In this document: in pieces, positions 17,999-25,853 of the stretch
Layout of the letters: every line of letters starts with the position of its first letter
Numbering within the stretch: position 1 is the first letter of the stretch
Source: a virus
Lineage: Duplodnaviria; Caudoviricetes
Direction: 5' to 3' (one strand)
Length of the DNA stretch: 27,707 nt
Virus record (IMG/VR): IMGVR_UViG_3300044911_002548
Span: 1-27,707 of that record
Position numbers and translations under genes: made by a program
Notes under the pieces: model-generated
What the model saw: the letters and a program-made list of their open reading frames with translations, nothing else
Database searches by the model: none
What the model was told of the DNA's origin: nothing

Positions 17999-18618
17999 TT
18001 GGGCGAAGTGGAGTTAAGACTACAATTGTCCCAGAAATTGATGAGTATGCTCTTGCGAGAGCCGCTTTTGATTTCATTGACCCAATGGTAGTATCGACTG
18101 CCTTCGAAGTATAAGACCGCACCTTCGGTAGGTTGAAAAGACTCGTGTGTATATTTTAACAATTCTTCTTTTAAAACTTCCGGAGGGCTCAGTTCTTTTT
18201 CATAGTCTAACCAACTTCTTTCAGAAATACAAAATTCTCCGCCTTCAAGATCGATTGCTTCTAAGTAACACGATATGGTAATTGGAGACATTAATTCTTC
18301 TGGTTTCAACTTTTCTCCAGCCTCAATTCTGTGCCGAAGCTTTTCATTAAAATCTACATGAGGCCACAAATCTCCAGAAGATTTATACGCCTGATACCAA
18401 TATTCAATATGAGTTTTGTTACAATTAAACTGTTCTCTGTCGAGAAATTCAAGCACAGCTTCATCTGTTTTATTTGTAGGCGCATTACGATCAAAGTAAT
18501 GCATGTTCGTATGCCTATTTAAACCTTCAAGAAAAGTTAAGCGAATATCTTCATCGAGAGTAGATCTACGAATAATCCTCGAGTTTCCATGGTACATTTT
18601 CAAATCTTTCAAAAACAT
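17995..18618 (-). CDS. Putative 2OG-Fe(II) oxygenase
   Basis: 207 aa (alternative start ATG 18597). WPHVD (HxD), CYL..LEGGEF, LYFEGSRYYHWV...GSRKSILINFW. Confidence 0.75.
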   Translation of the reverse strand: MFLKDLKMYHGNSRIIRRSTLDEDIRLTFLEGLNRHTNMHYFDRNAPTNKTDEAVLEFLDREQFNCNKTHIEYWYQAYKSSGDLWPHVDFNEKLRHRIEAGEKLKPEELMSPITISCYLEAIDLEGGEFCISERSWLDYEKELSPPEVLKEELLKYTHESFQPTEGAVLYFEGSRYYHWVNEIKSGSRKSILINFWDNCSLNSTSPN

Positions 18619-19270
18619 ATTTAGCAGCCTCTTTATTCTTTAAAGATTTACCAAAAGCCTTGACGAAACTGTTTGGCATTTTCTTATAGGAAGAAGCTCC
18701 TGCTTTATTATCACATTCTGCTGGATGTCGAGAAATTTCTAACTCGTCACATATCTGATTGATATTGGTTTGAGTAAAAAAATCCTCATAAAAGAAGTAG
18801 AGCGGATTTGCGAACACACTGTCCAAAGCTTCGATAGTTTCTTTATATTTACATGATATGAAATTGCTCATGACAAATCGTGAAGCTAACGACCGATTTG
18901 GAATTTTACCTCCTCCAATCATATTCCAAGAAGACCAACTCCTCTGAATAGGATCTCTCATAATATAAACTGGTACTACTTCGATATCGTATTTTAGTAA
19001 ACCGTTTTTAATAAGTCGAAAGATGTTCTCACTCGAGCCTTCATAATGTGTGAAGTCACCAGTCACTTGATTTATATTTGAAACCGCTTGAAAGAAAGAC
19101 TCTATGTCTTTTCTATATTCGCTTACATCTTCTAAGACAGGAACTAAATCGTCTCTCTGAATAATATTCAGTTCTTTTCCCATATCATAGAAATCTGGGT
19201 GTTCTTTAAAATACTCATATAACCAAGTAGTGCCAGATTTCTCGGCTCCTACATTCAATAAAAACTTCAT
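18566..19270 (-). CDS. Sulfotransferase-family protein
   Basis: 234 aa. 5'-PSB loop VGAEKSGTTWLY...HP...KELN and 3'-PB motif MRDPIQRSWS. Confidence 0.8.
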   Translation of the reverse strand: MKFLLNVGAEKSGTTWLYEYFKEHPDFYDMGKELNIIQRDDLVPVLEDVSEYRKDIESFFQAVSNINQVTGDFTHYEGSSENIFRLIKNGLLKYDIEVVPVYIMRDPIQRSWSSWNMIGGGKIPNRSLASRFVMSNFISCKYKETIEALDSVFANPLYFFYEDFFTQTNINQICDELEISRHPAECDNKAGASSYKKMPNSFVKAFGKSLKNKEAAKYVFERFENVPWKLEDYS

Positions 19271-19821
19271 AGATTTAATTGTATTAATATATTTCTAAAA
19301 TTTGGCCCGTGCGTTGGAGAATCTACGTCTTCTAAAAGTTCATAGTTTGCTGCGTTTGCTCGCATACGCAAAGTTCTATGAAAGATTGAATTTGCAGGAA
19401 TATTTCTATACAAATGTTTAGTTATACCAATTTCAATATTAAAATTATTTTTGGCTGTTACATTTTCTTGATTAAAAACGTAATTTCTAGAACCGTTTTC
19501 ATCCGGAGCAGTGAGTGAATGTCTGCCATCTAATGTTCCATTTTCAAGGATAAACCCGCTTACAAATCCCATATCTTTTCCAGCTACAGTATCAAAAGCT
19601 CTTATCATAATATAAGTATCATTTGCGCCATGAGGATTTAATCCTGGCCACTCATTATTAATTCCGCTTTCAATTAATGTGCGCATGTTGGTTTTTCGTT
19701 CGGCGTCAGTTAATGTAGAATTTGCCGGCCAATTCGCATCAATAGCATCCTTTGATCTTTCATACAAGTCATCAAAATCTATTTCTGACAAATCATTTAT
19801 AACAGTATAAACAATATTCAT
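19267..19821 (-). CDS. Hypothetical protein
   Basis: 184 aa with ATGA overlaps on both sides. No recognised motif. Confidence 0.65.
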   Translation of the reverse strand: MNIVYTVINDLSEIDFDDLYERSKDAIDANWPANSTLTDAERKTNMRTLIESGINNEWPGLNPHGANDTYIMIRAFDTVAGKDMGFVSGFILENGTLDGRHSLTAPDENGSRNYVFNQENVTAKNNFNIEIGITKHLYRNIPANSIFHRTLRMRANAANYELLEDVDSPTHGPNFRNILIQLNL

Positions 19822-20543
19822 ATCTTAACTCTCTTTGTAGCTATTATGTCTGCGATGGTATTTATCCAACCTTCTTTGCTTGTATCAAATGGTTGTTCGT
19901 GGTGTTGTTTATGCATATGTTCTCCACCACTGATAATTCCGTACCAAAATCCCATATCTTTTGGACCGTTTTTATCATGATTTAGAGATGCGATTCCTGT
20001 GGACCATATCGACAATGTAGCAGGAACAATGTAAATAAACAAGTATGCTGGTAACGATATGAATAACAATAGAAACGGTAAGAATAACAAAATCCAGTAT
20101 TTTTCATAGAAGAAATTGGTAATCTTATTACGAATCAGTCTGACTGTTGTTTTCAAATTTATTTGATTCGTGTCATTATTCCAAAGAATTGGAAAAAGTA
20201 TTTTCCAACCTTGCAAATGGTAAGGATGCGGATCCTTCTGAGTGTCATGATACTTGTGATGATTGTCGTGCGATACACAGAATTCAAGCGGCGAAGCAAA
20301 TGAACCATAGAATCCGAATGCCGTGCATATGAATTCTACGATAGGATTCATTGTATGCGTACGATGATTGTGGATTCGATGATACGTAATCGATCCACCT
20401 ATTACTCTCATCAAAAAGAACGCTGTGAGTGAAACAATTATCCATGGAAAAGTTGCATATTGAATCAGAGCCCAGATTGTAATAAATGGGCCTGCTAATT
20501 GCGCGAATGTAAGCACATATCTTTTATGAACTTTTAGATTCAT
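19818..20543 (-). CDS. Membrane fatty-acid desaturase-like di-iron enzyme (delta-9/DesC-like His boxes)
   Basis: Three His boxes (YHRIHNH, HDNHHKYHDTQKDPH, GEHMHKQHH) and hydrophobic TM segments. ATG 20543 is preferred over TTG 20555. Confidence 0.85.
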   Translation of the reverse strand: MNLKVHKRYVLTFAQLAGPFITIWALIQYATFPWIIVSLTAFFLMRVIGGSITYHRIHNHRTHTMNPIVEFICTAFGFYGSFASPLEFCVSHDNHHKYHDTQKDPHPYHLQGWKILFPILWNNDTNQINLKTTVRLIRNKITNFFYEKYWILLFLPFLLLFISLPAYLFIYIVPATLSIWSTGIASLNHDKNGPKDMGFWYGIISGGEHMHKQHHEQPFDTSKEGWINTIADIIATKRVKI

Positions 20544-21060
20544 AATACGAATCAATCTCTTTTATAATAGACTCTTTGCCAGGATACGAATCAAGTAAAG
20601 GCATATGTGTGTCTTCGATACCATAATAATCTTCGTACCAAACAACTTCTTTTTGGTATTTATTTAAATACGCGACGAGTGCACGATAATCATTATACAT
20701 CAAACCAATATTAAAACGAATGGCATTGGGTTTTAATTCGGGATATACTTTTAGCAAATAATTTGCCATACTTAAAGCAGCGTTTCTCATATTTTTACGA
20801 AGTATAAAGAAACTTGCCTGATTGGCTAAAAGATACGAGTGTTGATTTACAAGTACGATGTGTTCACTATGATCTTGTAACAAGTCGGCAAACGAATCTT
20901 GCGTAAAATTTGTTTGATGCTTAGTTTCGTGAGTAAGTTGTTTTCTATTACTTTGAATGTGAACAGGATGTAACTCTCCCACAAATGGTAAACTTGTTTT
21001 CTCTTGGAGATCCAAGCAAAAACGAGTAGCACCACATCGTGGAAGAGAACAAACGATCAT
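20524..21060 (-). CDS. Sulfotransferase-like/P-loop protein
   Basis: 178 aa. N-terminal IVCSLPRCGATRF resembles the PRSGST PAPS-binding loop; also GEL, ILRK and terminal WYED. Confidence 0.55.
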   Translation of the reverse strand: MIVCSLPRCGATRFCLDLQEKTSLPFVGELHPVHIQSNRKQLTHETKHQTNFTQDSFADLLQDHSEHIVLVNQHSYLLANQASFFILRKNMRNAALSMANYLLKVYPELKPNAIRFNIGLMYNDYRALVAYLNKYQKEVVWYEDYYGIEDTHMPLLDSYPGKESIIKEIDSYYESKSS

Positions 21061-22079
21061 TCTTCATCTTCACTCATAAAAAGAGTTTTCGGCAATTTCA
21101 CTTTCTTCTTCGGTTTCTTCGAAATAGCAAGAAGATCAATTTTACCTGGAACAACGTCAAGACTATAAGTTCGAGCACGATCTTCAATATCAAGATTAAT
21201 AAAGTCTACACCAAATTCTTTGTGGAATTCAGAAAGAAGATCTTCTCTGCATGCCTCAAGATATTTTTTCCATTGCCAACGACCGATCTCTGAAAGTATT
21301 TTTCTTCTTCGCGCAGCTTTCGCATCTTCTGGCGGAGTTTTCGTATGCCAATTACTCGTGTCTTCTAAGTGATATGAAACCATCTTACTGTGATGGAACA
21401 TTTTATATCCAGCAGCGTATGACATCATCGTCATCATGACTTCTTCTCCTACAAAGAAGACTTTTGGATCTAATCCGACATTGTCAATCCAATCGACATG
21501 CGTAAAGAAGTTTCCTGCCATAATATGAAACGCCGGTCTTGGCATATCAGTCGATGGAATCGCGTCTCCATGTACATCTGGAATCAAAGTATCCGGATCA
21601 ATAGTATAATACTTGACTTGACAAGCATCATTTTCTTCTTGACAAAGATAAGTTTTAATCTCTCCGTCTTTTTCTTCAATTATAAATGATTTACATGATC
21701 CAGTAATGATGACTTTATTGGTTTCACACATATCCATCGCTCTCTTATAATCTTCAATCAGAGCTCGATCCCAATTCATATCATGTAACATATGTGAGTC
21801 GACTTGATAAATGAAGTCATACTCGTTTGTGATATTTAACATATTAATATATCTTGCCCAAACACAACCATCAGAGTATTCGGGATCGATTCTTTTATAG
21901 ATGACATCATCTCGACTTACAAGCACAGGTTCTGTGCACGCCAACGAATCTTCATAACGAGTTTGCTCGAAGATCGAATAGACTACATTATTCCGATTGG
22001 ATTTGGTTTGCATCATACTCTTGATGGTATGAGGAAGTAAAGGATCTTGATACGAGCATACTGAAACAAAAATGTTCAT
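21057..22079 (-). CDS. Glycosyltransferase, GT60/Gnt1-like ([Skp1]-hydroxyproline GlcNAc-transferase family)
   Basis: 340 aa. IFVSVCSYQDP..T, GCVWAR, QVDSHM..WD..LI, AGNFF and FFVGEE..M....GY match the family pattern. Confidence 0.75.
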   Translation of the reverse strand: MNIFVSVCSYQDPLLPHTIKSMMQTKSNRNNVVYSIFEQTRYEDSLACTEPVLVSRDDVIYKRIDPEYSDGCVWARYINMLNITNEYDFIYQVDSHMLHDMNWDRALIEDYKRAMDMCETNKVIITGSCKSFIIEEKDGEIKTYLCQEENDACQVKYYTIDPDTLIPDVHGDAIPSTDMPRPAFHIMAGNFFTHVDWIDNVGLDPKVFFVGEEVMMTMMSYAAGYKMFHHSKMVSYHLEDTSNWHTKTPPEDAKAARRRKILSEIGRWQWKKYLEACREDLLSEFHKEFGVDFINLDIEDRARTYSLDVVPGKIDLLAISKKPKKKVKLPKTLFMSEDEE

Positions 22080-22816
22080 TGTTTATTCTCTTCTTTTTGC
22101 ATATTAAATTTCTTTTTTATTCCCATATACTTTCGATAGTATTGCTTATCATCTCCGGGAATTAGATTCATAGTTTTATCTATCATCTCATCTGAAGCTG
22201 GGCCAACAGAAGCAGTAATATCTTTATTGAGGAAAGGAATGACGTGCAACAAAGGTTCTCCCGCTTTAATGTGAACGTTACATTCTCTTTTCGGCATGCA
22301 AATGAAGTTTGTAATATGGAAACTCTTATAGTCTACCAAACCAGGAGTTATGTATAGATCTTCAAGAAAAGTAGAATGATAAAATGCAGGCATTAACAAT
22401 GCGCTAATGTTTTTTTGAGTAAAAATTTTCCAAGGAGATGGAAATAAGATTGCTGTAGGATCAATTCCAATTGGAGTAAATGCGCCTTCTACAAATTTTT
22501 CATCCATCTTTACGCCATTGTCAAATCCGCGATCTCCTCTCGGTCCTCTGTCTCCAAGATACCAAGAAGTACCAGCTTTATTTGCCATAATATGAATGTC
22601 TACCCACGCCGGAATGATATAGCCAAATTGAGCATAGTCTAAAATTCCCGGACAGTATGGCATCAGATGCTTGCCATACTTGTCTTGTTGAACCTTGCGA
22701 GTATTTGTTGGAACATCAATCGCTCGTTCAACAGAAAAGTTATGATAAGATAACTTCTTAGTATCTACGAATTCAATATCTTTCTTTGGTTTTAATAAAG
22801 AAAACAAGTTTTTCAT
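22076..22816 (-). CDS. DUF6065-like protein (paralogue 3, more divergent)
   Basis: 246 aa. CPGILDYAQFGYIIPAWVD, SPWKI, PGLVDY, IKAGEPLLHVIPF. Confidence 0.65.
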   Translation of the reverse strand: MKNLFSLLKPKKDIEFVDTKKLSYHNFSVERAIDVPTNTRKVQQDKYGKHLMPYCPGILDYAQFGYIIPAWVDIHIMANKAGTSWYLGDRGPRGDRGFDNGVKMDEKFVEGAFTPIGIDPTAILFPSPWKIFTQKNISALLMPAFYHSTFLEDLYITPGLVDYKSFHITNFICMPKRECNVHIKAGEPLLHVIPFLNKDITASVGPASDEMIDKTMNLIPGDDKQYYRKYMGIKKKFNMQKEENKQ

Positions 22817-23550
22817 TTTCTTGGTACTCTCAATTCTTTTGTATATACGCTTCTTCGAGTGTTTTGCATCTTTGATATGATATTAATTAAGTGATGTTCA
22901 TCTTCTTTCATGTTTCGAATATTGGGCTTTGATGGAACAGCATCACGCTTAATTGGAATGGCAATGACTAAAGGTGTACCAGCAAGTAAAAGCACGTCGG
23001 CATTTGGAGTGTGCCAGATTGCAGGAAAATTGACTTCTTTTGGATATGTATCAGTATCAACTAATCCTGACAGACATGTAAAATGGCTTTCAAAGTTATT
23101 AATCGGAGCTATGAAAAGAGTCGACCAACCCGGAGCAGTCTTTACAATCCATGGATTGACAAACTTCAAAGGAGGTGCAGGAAATCCAGGAGCAGATCTT
23201 TCTCCAAGTTGTCGAATGTCATGAAACTCACATACGTTGATCTGTGGAGAAGACGTGACTTCAATTGTACTGCAGTCGTGATTTGATCTGACTGTCAAGT
23301 CGCCGATAAGAGGAATGACATATCCTAATGACATTGCGTCGATCATCGGCATGCATTTTTTTGCAGTAAAGCTATGAGATCCTGACCAATCACGATCATC
23401 TCTTCCATCTGTAATCAGTGGAGGAATTCTTTTATACCATTCTGGCATATATTTTGCCGCAGGCTTTGGCTGAGGTAATGCCTCAACATCATCGCGATGG
23501 CAATAAAACTCAATAATAGGTTTCTTTTTAAAAGGATTCCAACTCAACAT
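22813..23550 (-). CDS. DUF6065-like protein (paralogue 2)
   Basis: 245 aa. PEWYK, KKCMPMIDAMSLGYVIP, KFVNPWIVKTAPGWSTLF, SGLVDTD, NFP, AGTPLVIAIPIKR. Confidence 0.7.
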   Translation of the reverse strand: MLSWNPFKKKPIIEFYCHRDDVEALPQPKPAAKYMPEWYKRIPPLITDGRDDRDWSGSHSFTAKKCMPMIDAMSLGYVIPLIGDLTVRSNHDCSTIEVTSSPQINVCEFHDIRQLGERSAPGFPAPPLKFVNPWIVKTAPGWSTLFIAPINNFESHFTCLSGLVDTDTYPKEVNFPAIWHTPNADVLLLAGTPLVIAIPIKRDAVPSKPNIRNMKEDEHHLINIISKMQNTRRSVYTKELRVPRK

Positions 23551-24137
23551 TCTCTCTCACCCATTACCCATGCTACAAGACTCTTACGAAAACCAGAAGT
23601 GATTGGCTTCACTCGATGTGGCATCCATGAAGCGAAGAATACGATATCACCTTTATTCGGTTTAAACGAAACTTTGTCTTCAAAGTTTCCGTTGTTTACG
23701 ATCTCTAACTCTCCACCTTCATATTCACTCGGATCTGAAAGAAGCAGAGATGCTGAGATCTTTCTTATATATTTCTGCCAGCCAAATTCAACATCCCAAT
23801 GCCATGTATAATGTTGATTTGGTCCGTACTTTGTATATTGAAAAGCTTCGACGCCTTCGATATCATACATAAAGTTGTCGTAGTTCACGACAGAAACGAT
23901 TCCTGACATTCTCTGAAATAGCCAATCACTGTGTTGATCATGATGTATCCACGAGATATCAGAATCTCGCGTTTCAGCCGGAGCTGCGGCATTCTTCTCT
24001 AGCCCAACTTTTCCTTTTTCAAACTCTTGGAGTTTTTCGAGATCGATAATTTTATCGACTTCTTCAGGAGTAAATCCTCCCGACCATACTGCAAAGCAAT
24101 TCAATTGTTTCCCATATTTAGGAATAATATATGGCAT
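23544..24137 (-). CDS. 2OG-Fe(II) oxygenase, prolyl-4-hydroxylase/PKHD-type (paralogue of 15433)
   Basis: 197 aa. RBS GAGGA. YTWHWD, RKISASLLLSDPSEYEGGEL, MPHRVKPITSGFRKSLVAW. Confidence 0.9.
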   Translation of the reverse strand: MPYIIPKYGKQLNCFAVWSGGFTPEEVDKIIDLEKLQEFEKGKVGLEKNAAAPAETRDSDISWIHHDQHSDWLFQRMSGIVSVVNYDNFMYDIEGVEAFQYTKYGPNQHYTWHWDVEFGWQKYIRKISASLLLSDPSEYEGGELEIVNNGNFEDKVSFKPNKGDIVFFASWMPHRVKPITSGFRKSLVAWVMGEREC

Positions 24138-24158
24138 AGTAAATCCTCGTCAAGTCAC

Positions 24159-25850
24159 TTATTCAATAGTAATATCTATATATCCTCCGGGCGCTACAGT
24201 TACCGAATGTGATTGGCCATCCGGAAAAGAATAGTAGCTTGCCGTCTGATTATTTATCACCGGCGCAGGCGTACCACCGGCATTTGATCCGGGGAAAGTA
24301 ATACCGAGCGCATTTGCTGCATTTCCTGGAACCGCCGGAGTTGGAGCATTAAAATTCTGCGGACCATTGGTAGCAGGATTAAAGTTTTGTGGACCATTCG
24401 AAGGTGCATTGAAGTTTTGTGGGCCATTTGAAGGCGCATTGAAGTTTTGAGGCCCGGTCGTTGGCGCATTAAAGTTTTGAGGCCCGGTCGTTGGCGCATT
24501 AAAGTTCTGAGGACCATTTGTAGGCGCATTGAAGTTCTGAGGCCCGTTAGTTGCAGGATTAAAGTTTTGAGGCCCGTTCGTTGGCGCATTAAAGTTCTGA
24601 GGACCATTCGCGACATTGAAGTTCTGAGGACCATTCGCGACATTAAAGTTTTGAGGCCCGTTCGTTGGCGCATTAAAGTTTTGTGGGCCATTCGTTGGAG
24701 CATTAAAATTCTGTGGGCCATTCGTTGGAGCATTGAAGTTTTGTGGCCCATTTGTAGGTGCATTAAAATTCTGTGGGCCATTCGTTGGAGCATTGAAGTT
24801 TTGTGGCCCATTTGTAGGTGCATTGAAGTTTTGAGGGCCGTTTGAAGGCGCATTGAAGTTTTGAGGGCCGTTTGAAGGCGCATTGAAGTTTTGTGGGCCA
24901 TTTGAAGGCGCATTGAAGTTTTGTGGACCATTTGAAGGCGCATTGAAGTTTTGAGGACCATTACTTATAGCGTTAAATGCATTCACAAATCCTGGGCCAT
25001 ATTTAATACTAGGAGCATTATAAGAGACTGCATTTCCACCGCTAGTATTATAACTACCAGTTCCAGTTCCTGCAACAACGTTAAAGCCAGCTCCAGTTCC
25101 CGCAACAACGTTAAAGCCAGCTCCAGTTCCCGCAACAACGTTAAAGCCAGCTCCAGTTCCCGCAACAACGTTAAAGCCAGCTCCAGTTCCTGCAACTTTA
25201 TTGAATGTACCTGTGCCAGTTCCTGCAACTTTATTGAATGTACCGGTTCCAGTTCCTGCAACAATGTTAAAGTTAGCTCCAGGCCCAGGAATTACGTTGA
25301 ATGTGCTTCCAGTTCCAGGAACTTTATTAAATGTGCCTGTTCCAGTTCCTGCAACAATGTTAAATGTGCCTGTTCCCGGAAAGAGAATATTAAATGTGCC
25401 TGTTTGTGGAAAGATGATATTAAAGTTAGCTCCGGTCCCAGGAACTTTGTTAAATGTACCGGTTGCATTTCCTGGTACAATATTAAAGTTAGCTCCAGGT
25501 CCAGGAATAATATTAAATGTGCTTCCGGTCCCGGGAATAATATTAAATGTACCGGTTGCATTTCCTGGTACAATATTAAAGTTAGCTCCAGGTCCAGGAA
25601 TTACGTTGAATGTGCTTCCGGTCCCGGGAATAATATTAAATGTACCGGTTGCATTTCCGGCGACAATATTAAAGTTAGCTCCAGGCCCAGGAATTAAAGC
25701 AGTTCCAGATCCACCTTGTCCTGAAACAAGAATACTATTCCTACCATAAGGAATTGCGATATTTCCTGGGCTATTAAACTTCGTCGTACCGACACCGCTT
25801 GCTCGCCAGGTTTTTTCGAGTGTAAATTTAGAACCGCCACCAATACCCAT
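24159..25850 (-). CDS. Two-armed decapeptide-repeat protein, putative fibre-tip adhesin/filament (cassette B)
   Basis: 563 aa. N- and C-terminal segments align with those of the 1120-aa protein. Arm 1 is (xxPGTGxxFN)n and arm 2 is (NAP[ST]NGPQNF)n. Confidence 0.8.
   Translation of the reverse strand: MGIGGGSKFTLEKTWRASGVGTTKFNSPGNIAIPYGRNSILVSGQGGSGTALIPGPGANFNIVAGNATGTFNIIPGTGSTFNVIPGPGANFNIVPGNATGTFNIIPGTGSTFNIIPGPGANFNIVPGNATGTFNKVPGTGANFNIIFPQTGTFNILFPGTGTFNIVAGTGTGTFNKVPGTGSTFNVIPGPGANFNIVAGTGTGTFNKVAGTGTGTFNKVAGTGAGFNVVAGTGAGFNVVAGTGAGFNVVAGTGAGFNVVAGTGTGSYNTSGGNAVSYNAPSIKYGPGFVNAFNAISNGPQNFNAPSNGPQNFNAPSNGPQNFNAPSNGPQNFNAPSNGPQNFNAPTNGPQNFNAPTNGPQNFNAPTNGPQNFNAPTNGPQNFNAPTNGPQNFNAPTNGPQNFNVANGPQNFNVANGPQNFNAPTNGPQNFNPATNGPQNFNAPTNGPQNFNAPTTGPQNFNAPTTGPQNFNAPSNGPQNFNAPSNGPQNFNPATNGPQNFNAPTPAVPGNAANALGITFPGSNAGGTPAPVINNQTASYYSFPDGQSHSVTVAPGGYIDITIE
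24348..24977 (-). repeat. 30-bp tandem coding repeat, 21 x GPQNF units (two units of 27 bp)
   Basis: 21 units counted in the DNA; variation is mostly at synonymous positions. Confidence 0.95.
25017..25691 (-). repeat. 30/33-bp tandem coding repeat, 22 [FY]N units
   Basis: Includes perfect copies of ttaaagccagctccagttcccgcaacaacg at 25081, 25111 and 25141. Confidence 0.9.
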
Positions 25851-25853
25851 AAG

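Noticed and set aside
14154-24158. Visibly AT-richer enzyme region as proof of horizontal acquisition
   Set aside because: The flanking genes are Gly/Ala-rich, which inflates their GC. A third-codon-position comparison would be needed.
24348-24977. 30-bp tandem array considered as a CRISPR array
   Set aside because: There are no unique spacers. Unit length is a multiple of 3 and variation is mostly synonymous within an ORF.
24159-25850. 563-aa protein as a multi-core RiPP precursor (NAPSNGPQNF cores next to tailoring enzymes)
   Set aside because: No protease, transporter or cleavage motifs are seen. It shares a base domain with the 1120-aa protein, follows a fibre gene, and its mirrored arms point to a structural role. 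Not formally excluded.
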